Source: Candidatus Margulisiibacteriota bacterium
GTDB taxonomy: Bacteria > Desulfobacterota > Binatia > HRBIN30
Direction of reading: 5' to 3'
Assembly (NCBI GenBank): GCA_035541735.1
Contig: DATKMS010000036.1
Location: 334 to 64,333, forward strand
Length of the DNA stretch: 64,000 nt
Position numbers and translations under genes: made by a program. The notes under the pieces are model-generated. The model saw nothing but the letters and a program-made list of their open reading frames with translations, did no database searches and was not told the origin of the DNA. The stretch's first letter is position 1. Each line of letters starts with the position of its first letter. Below, in pieces: positions 9,218 through 18,290 of the stretch.

Positions 9218-12200
9218 TTGAAGCATTCAATCCTTCACGTCCTCCAAGGTCTGTCGACCGCCTCCCCGCGCGAAGCCGAAGAGCCGATCCGCAGCGAATT
9301 GTTCAGCGTCGAGCGCCTGGAGCAACATGCCGAGAGTCTGGCGGCCGCCCAGCACGTTACACCGAAGCCCGGGCGCGGCCGACCGCTGGCGACTCGCCTC
9401 CGGGACAACGCCCGGGTGCTGCTCGCCGCGTACCGCACCATCGGCCAGGCCATCCGTGAAGAACGCGCCATTACCCCGGCGGCCGAGTGGCTTCTCGACA
9501 ACTTTCACATTGCAGAGGAACAGATTCGCGAGATCCGCGACGATCTCCCGCGCAGCTTCTATCGCCAGCTGCCCAAGCTCGCCGAAGGGCCCCTCGCCGG
9601 CTATCCGCGCGTGTTCGGGATCGCCTGGGCCTTCGTGGCGCATACCGACAGTCTCTTCGATCCCCAGACGCTGACCCGCTTCGTGCGCGCCTACCAGCGT
9701 GTGCAACCGCTGACGATCGGCGAGCTCTGGGCAGTGGCAATCACGCTGCGCATCGTGCTCGTCGAAAATTTGCGGCGCGCCGCCGAGCAGATCGAGAGCG
9801 GCCGAGCGGCACGCCAGCAGGCCGACGCCCTGGCCGACCGGCTACTGGGGGTCGGCAGCCGTCAGGCCGAGCCGGTTGAGACGGCCCTGCGACGCTTCGA
9901 GCAGACACCCCTGCCGACGGCCTTCGCGGTGCAGCTGGTCCAGCGGCTGCGCGATCAGGACCCGGCGGTGACGCCGGCGCTGCGCTGGCTGGACGAACGC
10001 CTGGCCGCTCAAGGAACGACCGCGGACGAGATCGTCCGCAAGGAGCATCAGCGACAGGGCGCGAGCAATGTGACGGTCCGCAACGTGATCACCAGCATGC
10101 GTCTCATGTCGGCCGTCGATTGGGCGGAGTTCTTCGAGAGCGTCAGTCTCGTCGATGCGGCGCTGCGCGCCGGCAGCGACTTCGCCGCCATGGACTTCCC
10201 GACGCGCGATCGCTATCGGCACGCCATCGAAGAGCTGGCGCGCGGCTCAGGACACACGGAGCTCGAGGTCGCGCAGCGCGCGCTGCGCGCCGCAGGCGAG
10301 CCACCGAACGGTGGCGACGCCACCACTCGCCGTGAGCAGGATCCCGGCTACTACCTCATCTCGAAAGGGCGTCGGGCCTTCGAGACGGCGCTCGGATTTC
10401 GCGTGCCGATGAAGGACTGGCTGGCACGCGCCAACGCCGCCGCGGGCATCCTGGGTTATGCAGCAGCGATTGCCGTCATCACCACCTTCATCCTGGCGCT
10501 GCCGTTGCTGGCCCTGGCGCAGTTCGGGGTCGACGGCCCGATTCTCTCTCTGCTCGCGCTGCTCGCTCTGGTCCCGGCGTCGGATGCGGCCGTGGCGCTG
10601 GTGAACCACAGCGTCACCAATCGGTTCGGCGCAACGGGCCTGCCCGGTCTGGAGCTCCGCGACGGGGTGCCGCCGAGCCTGCGCACGATGGTTGTCGTCC
10701 CTACACTGCTGACGACGCCCGCGGATGTCGACGAGCAGATCGAGCGTCTCGAGGTTCGTCATCTGGCCAGCGCGGAGGGCGACATCCGCTTCGCGCTCCT
10801 CTCCGATTGGACGGACTCCGCCACAGAGACTTCACCGGGTGACGACGAGCTGCTTGCCGCGGCCGCCGCCGGCATCGCACGCTTGAATCGGCGCCACGGA
10901 CCGGCGCCGGATGGCGACCGCTTCCTCCTGCTGCATCGCCGACGGGTCTGGAACGCAGGGGAAGGAAAGTGGATCGGGTGGGAACGCAAGCGCGGCAAGC
11001 TGCACGAGCTGAACCGATTGCTACGCGGTGCGACCGACACGACCTTCCTCGCAGTCGGCGGCCACCCGCCCAGCGTCCCGCCAGGCGTCCGCTACGTGAT
11101 CACCCTCGACGCCGATACGCGACTCCCGAGGGGAGCCGCGAGGCGATTGGTCGGCAAGATGGCGCACCCGCTCAACCGTCCGCACCTCGATCCTCGCACC
11201 GGCCGTGTCGTCGAGGGGTACGCGGTGCTGCAGCCGCGCGTCACGCCGGCGTTGCCCACCGGCCGCGAGGGATCGCTGTTCCAACGCGTCTTCTCAGGCC
11301 CGTGCGGCATTGATCCCTACGCCTTCGCCGTTTCCGACGTGTACCAGGACCTTCTGGGCGAAGGTTCCTACACCGGGAAGGGCATCTACGACGTCGACGT
11401 CTTCGAGGCCGCCCTCGAGGGGCGAGTTCCCGAGAGCACACTGCTGAGTCACGACTTGCTGGAGGGCATCTTCGCGCGCGCCGGACTGGTCTCCGACATC
11501 GAGGTGGTCGAGGAGTTTCCATCACGGTACGACGTTGCGGCGGCGCGCCAGCATCGCTGGGCGCGCGGCGACTGGCAATTGCTTCCATGGATTCTCGGCC
11601 GTGGGCGCGACGCGAACGCTGACCCGACAAGAAAAGCGATTCCATTGATCGGCCGCTGGAAGATGATGGACAACCTGCGCCGCACGTTGTCCGCACCGGC
11701 CGCCTTCCTCGCACTCGTGGCAGGATGGATGCTGCCTCGTGCTGCGGCTGCGTTCTGGACCGGGTTCGTCCTGTCGATCATCGCGCTGCCTGCCCTGCTG
11801 CCGTTCGTGGCTGGGATCGTGCCGCGACGGCTCGGAATCTCGAAGCGCAGCCACTTGCGCGGGGTCGGTGTGGATCTGGCGCTCGCCCTGTCACAGATCG
11901 CCATCGTGGTGACGCTGCTCGCGCATCAGGCGTGGCTGATGACGGACGCCATCGCCCGCACGCTCGTCCGTCTGTTCGTGACCCGCCGCCACATGCTGGA
12001 GTGGGTCACCGCGGCGCAGGCGAAGTTCAGTCTCCCCCTCGACGTCCGCGGTTTCTACCAGCGGATGGCCGGCGGTGTCGTGCTCGCCGCGGCGACCGCG
12101 GTCATCGTGGGATGTGCGGGGCACGGCTCCTGGCCGGTTGTGCTTCCGTTCGTGACTTTGTGGATGCTAGCGCCGGTGGTCGCGCAGTGGGCCAGTCGTC

Positions 12201-15200
12201 CGCCGCCCATGGCCGGCCCCGGGCGCGTCTCCGCTGCCGACGCAGACGCACTGCGGCTCATCGGACGCCGCACGTGGCGCTTCTTCGAAGCCTTCGTCGT
12301 AGCGGAGGATCACATGCTGCCGCCCGACAACTTTCAAGAAGAGCCGAAGCCGGTGGTGGCGCATCGGACCTCGCCCACGAACCTCGGCCTGTACCTGCTG
12401 TCCGTGGTCGCCGCCCGCGATTTCGGTTGGCTGGGGACGCACGAGACCGTGGAGCGGCTGAGCGCGACTCTGGGGACCATGAACGGGCTCGAGCGCTTCC
12501 GCGGTCACTTCTACAACTGGTACGACACGCGTGATCTCCGTCCGCTGGACCCGAAGTACGTGTCTTCAGTCGATAGCGGAAATCTCGCCGGACACCTTAT
12601 CGCGCTTGGAAACGCCTGCCGGGCAATGATGGTTGGTCCCGTAGTGAATCCGCAATGGCTGGGTGGGATCGCGGACGCCTTGGCGCTGACGCGCGCGGGT
12701 CTGGACGCGCTCGCCGACGACCGGCGCACACAGACCGTGACGCGGAAACAACTGCACGAGGCCCTCGACGCGCTCGCTGCCTTGCTCCGGTCGGCTCCCA
12801 ACACGCCGGCTGGCATTGCCGGACAACTGGCTGAACTCGTGCTCCACGGCGATACCATCGTCGACATCGCGCAAACGTTGACCGAGGACCACGAAGCCGA
12901 CGTGCTGATCTGGGCGCAGGCCGTGCGGGCGTCCATTCAGAGCCAGGCGCGCGACATCGAGGACTTGATGCCCTGGGCACGTCTCGTCTTTCGCGATGTG
13001 GCACTCGTCGCTACGCCGGGAGCGGATGAACACCGTTCTCCGGACGTGGCGCTGCGGTCTTGTCTCGACTCAGTCCCCACCCTGACCGATCTCCCAGACC
13101 GCTGCGCGGCGGCGATCGACATCCTGGCACGTCACCGGGCAGAGATCGCGGCGCAGACCGACGGCAGGGACGAACGGCTGGCGCGCGCCGACGTACTCAT
13201 CGACGCGTTCGAGCGTTCCGCACGCGCGGCCGGCGCGCTCGAACGACGCCTCGCGGCGCTTGGCCAGCGTGCGCGAAAGCTGTTCGACACCATGGAGTTT
13301 GGCTTTCTCCTCGACCCCGCGCGGCAACTCCTCTCGATCGGTTACCAGGTCGCCGAAGGCCGCCTCGATCCCAACTGCTACGACTTGCTCGCCTCCGAAG
13401 CGCGCTTGGCGAGCTTCGTTGCGATCGCCAAGGGGGACGTACCGGCGCGGCACTGGTTTCGGCTCGGCCGCGCCTTGACGCCGGTCGACCGTGGTTCGGC
13501 GCTCATCTCGTGGTCGGGATCGATGTTCGAGTACCTGATGCCGTCGCTGGTGATGCGCGCGCCGGCGGCCAGCCTGTTGGAGCAGACCAGCCGCTTCGTC
13601 GTCCGCCGGCAAATGAAATACGGCGCCGAGCTTGGCGTGCCCTGGGGCGTCTCGGAATCGGCGTACAATGCACGGGATCTGGAGCTCACCTATCAGTACT
13701 TGAGCTTCGGCGTGCCCGGTCTGGGGCTCAAGCGCGGGCTGAGCGAGGACGCCGTCATCGCTCCCTACGCGACGGCGCTGGCGGCGATGGTGGATCCGCC
13801 GGCCGCCGCGCGGAACTTCTCGCGACTCGCTGCAGCTGGCGGCTGTGGCCGGTATGGCTATTACGAGGCTCTGGACTACACGCCGACGCGCAGACCCGAA
13901 GGCGAGCCGGTCGCCATCGTCCGCGCCTACATGGCGCATCACCAGGGGATGACGCTGGTCGCGCTTGCCAACGCGCTGCAAGACGGCGTCATGCGCGCGC
14001 GCTTTCACGCTGAACCGATCGTCCAGGCCACGGAGCTCTTGCTGCAGGAACGGACGCCGCGCGACGTGGCGATTGCCCGCCCCCGCGCCGAGGAAGTAAA
14101 GGTCGCGGCCGACATCCGCGAGCCCGTGCCCCCGATGGTGCGCCGGTTCCATTCCCCGCACGACCCTGTGCCGCGTACGCACCTGCTGTCGAACGGCCGG
14201 TACGCCGTCATGCTCACCGCAGCAGGTTCCGGATACAGTCGCTGGCGGGACCTCGCGGTGACGCGATGGCACGAGGACGTGACCTGCGATTCCTGGGGCA
14301 CGTACGTCTTCCTGCGCGACGCCCGCAGCGGCGACGTGTGGTCGGCGGGGTACCAACCGAGCGGCGTCGAACCCGACAGCTACGCGGTTGAGTTCGCCGA
14401 GGATCATGCCGAGATCGTGCGTCGCGACGGGACGATCACGACGACACTCGAGGTGGCAGTCTCTCCCGAGAGCGATGCCGAGGTGCGCCGCGTATCGATT
14501 TCCAACCTCGGCAGCCGCGCCCGCGAGATCGAGCTAACCTCGTATGCCGAGGTCGTGTTGGCCCCCCCCGCGGCGGACGCGGCTCATCCTGCTTTCTCCA
14601 AGCTGTTCGTGCAAACGGAGTTCGTCGCCGACGTCGGCGCCGACGCCGGGACGCTCTTGGCCACGCGCCGCCCGCGGTCGCCCGGCGACCCGCAGCTGTG
14701 GGCCGCGCACCTCGCCGTCGTGGAAGGCGAGAGCGTGGGCGCGCGGCAATTCGAGTCCGACCGGGCACGTTTTCTCGGGCGTGGGCGCGGCATCCGGACA
14801 CCGCTCTCCGTGATCGACGGCCGGCCGTTGTCCAACACCGTCGGGACCGTGCTCGATCCGATCTTCAGTCTACGGTGTGGCGTGCGGGTGCCGCCGGGGG
14901 CGACCGTACGCGTCGCCTTCTGGACGCTGATTGCACCGTCGCGCGGCGAGGCACTCGACCTGGCCGACAAGCACCACGACTCGACGGCTTTTGAGCGGGC
15001 GGTCACGCTGGCATGGACCCAGGCGCAGGTGCAGCTCCATCATCTCGGTGTCGGTCCCGACGAGGCGCACCTCTTCCAGCGTCTCGCCAACCACGTGCTC
15101 TATTCCGACCCGACGCTGCGGCCGGCATCCGAAGTTCTGAAACGCAACGAGCGCGGGCAGTCGGCGCTCTGGCCGCATGGCATCTCGGGTGACCTGCCGA

Positions 15201-18067
15201 TCATCCTGGTGCGCATCGACGAGCTCGAAGATCTGGAAATCGTCCGGCAGCTCCTGCGCGCGCACGAATACTGGCGGCTGAAGCGACTGGCCGTCGATCT
15301 AGTGATCCTGAACGAACGCCCCTCGTCCTACACCGCGGATCTCCAGGGGGCGCTGGAGGCGATGTTGCGAGCGAGCCAGTCGCGCCGGCACCCTGAGGTA
15401 GAGGACACTCGGGGGAGCGTGTTCGTCTTGCGTGCCGACCTGATTTCGGTCGAGGTGCGGAGCCTGCTGCAGAGCGTGGCCCGAGCCGTCCTCCTCAGCC
15501 GCCGCGGTAGCCTGTTCGAGCAGGTACAGCGCATAGGAGAATCGGCGCCCGCGCCGCCGCACCAGGGGTCGTTCTCTCCCCTCCTTACCAAGGAGGGGGA
15601 CAGGGGGAGGTCGCGCGAGCCATCGGAGCCTGCGCTGCCACGACCGCAGCTCGAGTTCTTCAATGGCCTCGGCGGCTTCGACGCCGGCGGGCGGGAGTAC
15701 GTCACACTCCTCGGTGAGGGGCAGTGGACGCCGGCGCCGTGGGTCAACGTGATCGCCAACCCGTCGTTCGGTTTTCAAACATCTGCCGACGGCACGGGTT
15801 ATACGTGGGCGATCAACAGTCGCGAGAACCAGCTCACGCCTTGGTCGAACGACCCAGTGGGCGACCGGCCCGGCGAAGTGGTCTACCTGCGCGATGAAGA
15901 CAATGGAGCGCTCTGGGGACCGACGGCACTGCCGATTCGTGAGGAGGCCTCGCCGTACCTCTGCCGGCACGGCCAGGGCTACAGCCGCTTCGAGCACACC
16001 GCGCACGGCATTGCCCTCGGACTGCTGCAATATGTGCCGCTCGATGACCCCATCAAGATCTCGCGGCTGGTGATCCATAACCAGTCCGGGCGGACCCGCC
16101 GTCTCTCGGTCACAGCCTATGTGGAGTGGGTGCTCGCGGCGGCGCGCGAGGCGGCCGCACCGTTCATCGTGACCGAGATGGACGCCGCCACCGGTGCGCT
16201 GTTCGCGCGCAATCACTGGCGCATCACGGGCGGCGACCGCGTGGCGTTCGCAGACCTCGCCGGACGGCAGGTGGCATGGACCGGTGACCGCACCGAGTTC
16301 GTCGGCCGCAACGGCACGCTCGATCACCCGGCCGCGCTCGTATCCGTTGAAAGCCGGGCGTCACTCTCGAATCGAGTCGGCGCAGGCCTCGACCCCTGCG
16401 GGGTTTTGCAAACCCGGCTCGAGCTGCAGCCCGATGAACGCACCGAGATCGTCTTCTTTCTCGGCGAGGCGGCCACGGCGGCGGACGCGCGTGCGTTGAT
16501 CGGGCGCTACCGCAGCGCCGACCTCGACGCGATCCTGCGCGCCGTGACCGGGCTTTGGGACGATGTCCTCGGCGCGGTGCAGGTGCGAACGCCCGACCGG
16601 TCCATGGACATCCTCCTGAACCGCTGGCTCCTCTACCAGACCCTCGCCTGCCGAGTGTGGGCGCGTTCGGCGTTCTACCAGGCGAGCGGCGCGTACGGGT
16701 TCCGCGACCAGCTCCAGGACGTGATGGCGCTGACCGTGTCGAAGCCGGAGATCGCGCGTGCGCATCTCGTGCGCGCTGCCGCGCGGCAGTTCGTCGAAGG
16801 CGACGTGCAACACTGGTGGCTGCCGCCGGCAGGCCAGGGGGTGCGCACGCGGGTGTCGGACGACCGCCTCTGGCTACCGTATGCTGTCGCCCACTACATC
16901 GAGGTGACGGGCGATAGCGCGGTGCTCGACGAGACGGTTTCCTATCTTGACGGGCCAGCGCTACGCGCCGACGAGGCCGACTCGTACTTCCAGCCCATGG
17001 TCTCCGAGGCGCAAGGCACGCTGTTCGAACACTGTGCTCGCGCCCTGGACCACAGTCTAGCCGTCGGTGGCCACGGCCTGCCGCTGATGGGCGGCGGAGA
17101 CTGGAACGACGGCATGAACCGGGTCGGCGCCGGAGGCCAGGGCGAGAGCGTCTGGCTCGGCTGGTTCCTGTACGCCACGCTCGCGGCCTTCGCTCCGCTG
17201 GCAGACAGTTCCCGGCAGCAGGCGCGTGCCGCCGCCTGGCGGTGCTGTGCAGCCGCGCTGCGCGAATCCCTGGAGCGCGAAGCGTGGGACGGCGACTGGT
17301 ACCGGCGCGGCTACTTCGATGACGGCACGCCGCTCGGGTCGGCCGCGAGCAGCGCATGCCGCATCGATTCGATCGCGCAGTCGTGGGCGGTGATCTCCGG
17401 AGCCGCTAGTCCAGCGCGCGGGACGCGAGCGATGGCTGCGGTGGGGGAACACCTCGTGCGCCGCGGTGACGGCCTGATCGCGCTCTTCACCCCGCCGTTC
17501 GATCAGCTGCCGCTGGACCCTGGGTACATCAAAGGGTACCCACCCGGCATCCGCGAGAACGGCGGGCAATACACGCACGCCGCCATCTGGTCGGTGATCG
17601 CCTTCACGATGCTGGGCGATGGCGACAAGGCCGGCGAGCTGTTCTCAATGTTGAACCCGATCAATCACGCCAGCACGCGCGCCGCCGTGCATCGCTACAA
17701 GGTCGAGCCGTACGTCGTCTCCGCGGACGTGTACTCCGCGCCGCCGCACGTCGGGCGCGGCGGCTGGACCTGGTACACCGGCTCGGCCGCGTGGATGCAC
17801 AGGGCCGGCTTGGAATGGATCCTCGGCTTCCGCGTGCGTGGCGCGACACTGCTCATCGACCCATGCGTGCCCAGGACGTGGCGCGACTTCGACATCGCCT
17901 TCCGTTACCGCTCCGCGCGCTACGCGATTGCGGTGGAGAACCCACGCGGCGTCACCCGCGGCGTCACCCGCGTGGAGCTTGACGGCGCGGCGCTGGCGGA
18001 CACCCAAGCGCCGATTCCGTTGGCGGACGACAGTGCCACCCACCGGGTGCGTGTCGTTCTGGGATGA
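9218..18067 (+). CDS. ndvB: cyclic beta-1,2-glucan synthase (NdvB/ChvB/Cgs family: GT84 glycosyltransferase + GH94 phosphorylase-like region)
   Basis: Single 2949-aa ORF starting at TTG 9218. The N-terminal region (ELFSVERLEQHAESLAAAQ) is followed by multiple TM segments and a central glycosyltransferase part (VITLDADTRLPRGAARRLVGKMAHPLNRP). A C-terminal GH94-like part carries GLPLMGGGDWNDGMN and GGQYTHAAIW. Confidence 0.85.
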   Translation: MKHSILHVLQGLSTASPREAEEPIRSELFSVERLEQHAESLAAAQHVTPKPGRGRPLATRLRDNARVLLAAYRTIGQAIREERAITPAAEWLLDNFHIAEEQIREIRDDLPRSFYRQLPKLAEGPLAGYPRVFGIAWAFVAHTDSLFDPQTLTRFVRAYQRVQPLTIGELWAVAITLRIVLVENLRRAAEQIESGRAARQQADALADRLLGVGSRQAEPVETALRRFEQTPLPTAFAVQLVQRLRDQDPAVTPALRWLDERLAAQGTTADEIVRKEHQRQGASNVTVRNVITSMRLMSAVDWAEFFESVSLVDAALRAGSDFAAMDFPTRDRYRHAIEELARGSGHTELEVAQRALRAAGEPPNGGDATTRREQDPGYYLISKGRRAFETALGFRVPMKDWLARANAAAGILGYAAAIAVITTFILALPLLALAQFGVDGPILSLLALLALVPASDAAVALVNHSVTNRFGATGLPGLELRDGVPPSLRTMVVVPTLLTTPADVDEQIERLEVRHLASAEGDIRFALLSDWTDSATETSPGDDELLAAAAAGIARLNRRHGPAPDGDRFLLLHRRRVWNAGEGKWIGWERKRGKLHELNRLLRGATDTTFLAVGGHPPSVPPGVRYVITLDADTRLPRGAARRLVGKMAHPLNRPHLDPRTGRVVEGYAVLQPRVTPALPTGREGSLFQRVFSGPCGIDPYAFAVSDVYQDLLGEGSYTGKGIYDVDVFEAALEGRVPESTLLSHDLLEGIFARAGLVSDIEVVEEFPSRYDVAAARQHRWARGDWQLLPWILGRGRDANADPTRKAIPLIGRWKMMDNLRRTLSAPAAFLALVAGWMLPRAAAAFWTGFVLSIIALPALLPFVAGIVPRRLGISKRSHLRGVGVDLALALSQIAIVVTLLAHQAWLMTDAIARTLVRLFVTRRHMLEWVTAAQAKFSLPLDVRGFYQRMAGGVVLAAATAVIVGCAGHGSWPVVLPFVTLWMLAPVVAQWASRPPPMAGPGRVSAADADALRLIGRRTWRFFEAFVVAEDHMLPPDNFQEEPKPVVAHRTSPTNLGLYLLSVVAARDFGWLGTHETVERLSATLGTMNGLERFRGHFYNWYDTRDLRPLDPKYVSSVDSGNLAGHLIALGNACRAMMVGPVVNPQWLGGIADALALTRAGLDALADDRRTQTVTRKQLHEALDALAALLRSAPNTPAGIAGQLAELVLHGDTIVDIAQTLTEDHEADVLIWAQAVRASIQSQARDIEDLMPWARLVFRDVALVATPGADEHRSPDVALRSCLDSVPTLTDLPDRCAAAIDILARHRAEIAAQTDGRDERLARADVLIDAFERSARAAGALERRLAALGQRARKLFDTMEFGFLLDPARQLLSIGYQVAEGRLDPNCYDLLASEARLASFVAIAKGDVPARHWFRLGRALTPVDRGSALISWSGSMFEYLMPSLVMRAPAASLLEQTSRFVVRRQMKYGAELGVPWGVSESAYNARDLELTYQYLSFGVPGLGLKRGLSEDAVIAPYATALAAMVDPPAAARNFSRLAAAGGCGRYGYYEALDYTPTRRPEGEPVAIVRAYMAHHQGMTLVALANALQDGVMRARFHAEPIVQATELLLQERTPRDVAIARPRAEEVKVAADIREPVPPMVRRFHSPHDPVPRTHLLSNGRYAVMLTAAGSGYSRWRDLAVTRWHEDVTCDSWGTYVFLRDARSGDVWSAGYQPSGVEPDSYAVEFAEDHAEIVRRDGTITTTLEVAVSPESDAEVRRVSISNLGSRAREIELTSYAEVVLAPPAADAAHPAFSKLFVQTEFVADVGADAGTLLATRRPRSPGDPQLWAAHLAVVEGESVGARQFESDRARFLGRGRGIRTPLSVIDGRPLSNTVGTVLDPIFSLRCGVRVPPGATVRVAFWTLIAPSRGEALDLADKHHDSTAFERAVTLAWTQAQVQLHHLGVGPDEAHLFQRLANHVLYSDPTLRPASEVLKRNERGQSALWPHGISGDLPIILVRIDELEDLEIVRQLLRAHEYWRLKRLAVDLVILNERPSSYTADLQGALEAMLRASQSRRHPEVEDTRGSVFVLRADLISVEVRSLLQSVARAVLLSRRGSLFEQVQRIGESAPAPPHQGSFSPLLTKEGDRGRSREPSEPALPRPQLEFFNGLGGFDAGGREYVTLLGEGQWTPAPWVNVIANPSFGFQTSADGTGYTWAINSRENQLTPWSNDPVGDRPGEVVYLRDEDNGALWGPTALPIREEASPYLCRHGQGYSRFEHTAHGIALGLLQYVPLDDPIKISRLVIHNQSGRTRRLSVTAYVEWVLAAAREAAAPFIVTEMDAATGALFARNHWRITGGDRVAFADLAGRQVAWTGDRTEFVGRNGTLDHPAALVSVESRASLSNRVGAGLDPCGVLQTRLELQPDERTEIVFFLGEAATAADARALIGRYRSADLDAILRAVTGLWDDVLGAVQVRTPDRSMDILLNRWLLYQTLACRVWARSAFYQASGAYGFRDQLQDVMALTVSKPEIARAHLVRAAARQFVEGDVQHWWLPPAGQGVRTRVSDDRLWLPYAVAHYIEVTGDSAVLDETVSYLDGPALRADEADSYFQPMVSEAQGTLFEHCARALDHSLAVGGHGLPLMGGGDWNDGMNRVGAGGQGESVWLGWFLYATLAAFAPLADSSRQQARAAAWRCCAAALRESLEREAWDGDWYRRGYFDDGTPLGSAASSACRIDSIAQSWAVISGAASPARGTRAMAAVGEHLVRRGDGLIALFTPPFDQLPLDPGYIKGYPPGIRENGGQYTHAAIWSVIAFTMLGDGDKAGELFSMLNPINHASTRAAVHRYKVEPYVVSADVYSAPPHVGRGGWTWYTGSAAWMHRAGLEWILGFRVRGATLLIDPCVPRTWRDFDIAFRYRSARYAIAVENPRGVTRGVTRVELDGAALADTQAPIPLADDSATHRVRVVLG
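15578..15598. repeat. intragenic perfect hairpin inside ndvB linker
   Basis: cccctcctt-acc-aaggagggg, a 9-bp stem with a 3-nt loop, encoding SPLLTKEGDRGRS in a Pro/Ser/Arg-rich segment between recognisable domains. Confidence 0.6.
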
Positions 18068-18290
18068 GCGTGTGCTGCGCCCGACGCCGTCGACATTGAC
18101 ATTGTCAGCCATCTCGTCTTCCCTGGGCGCGTGACTATCTTCAGCCCGCCGCCCTGATTTCGGCTGCGCGCCGCAATCCTGCATCGCGGCGCTGGCTGGC
18201 TCTCAACGCTGAAAATGCAACCCTCCCTCCGCGGCGTGGATGCCCCGGTGGGAAAAAATCGCAGGCAACTCGAGGAAACCGAGATCGGAC

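Noticed and set aside
13070-17357. Long minus-strand ORFs (13070-14407, 15299-16327, 16224-17357) inside the glucan synthase gene
   Set aside because: Arg/Pro/Gly-rich nonsense-like translations opposite a continuous 2949-aa frame with recognisable GT84/GH94 motifs.
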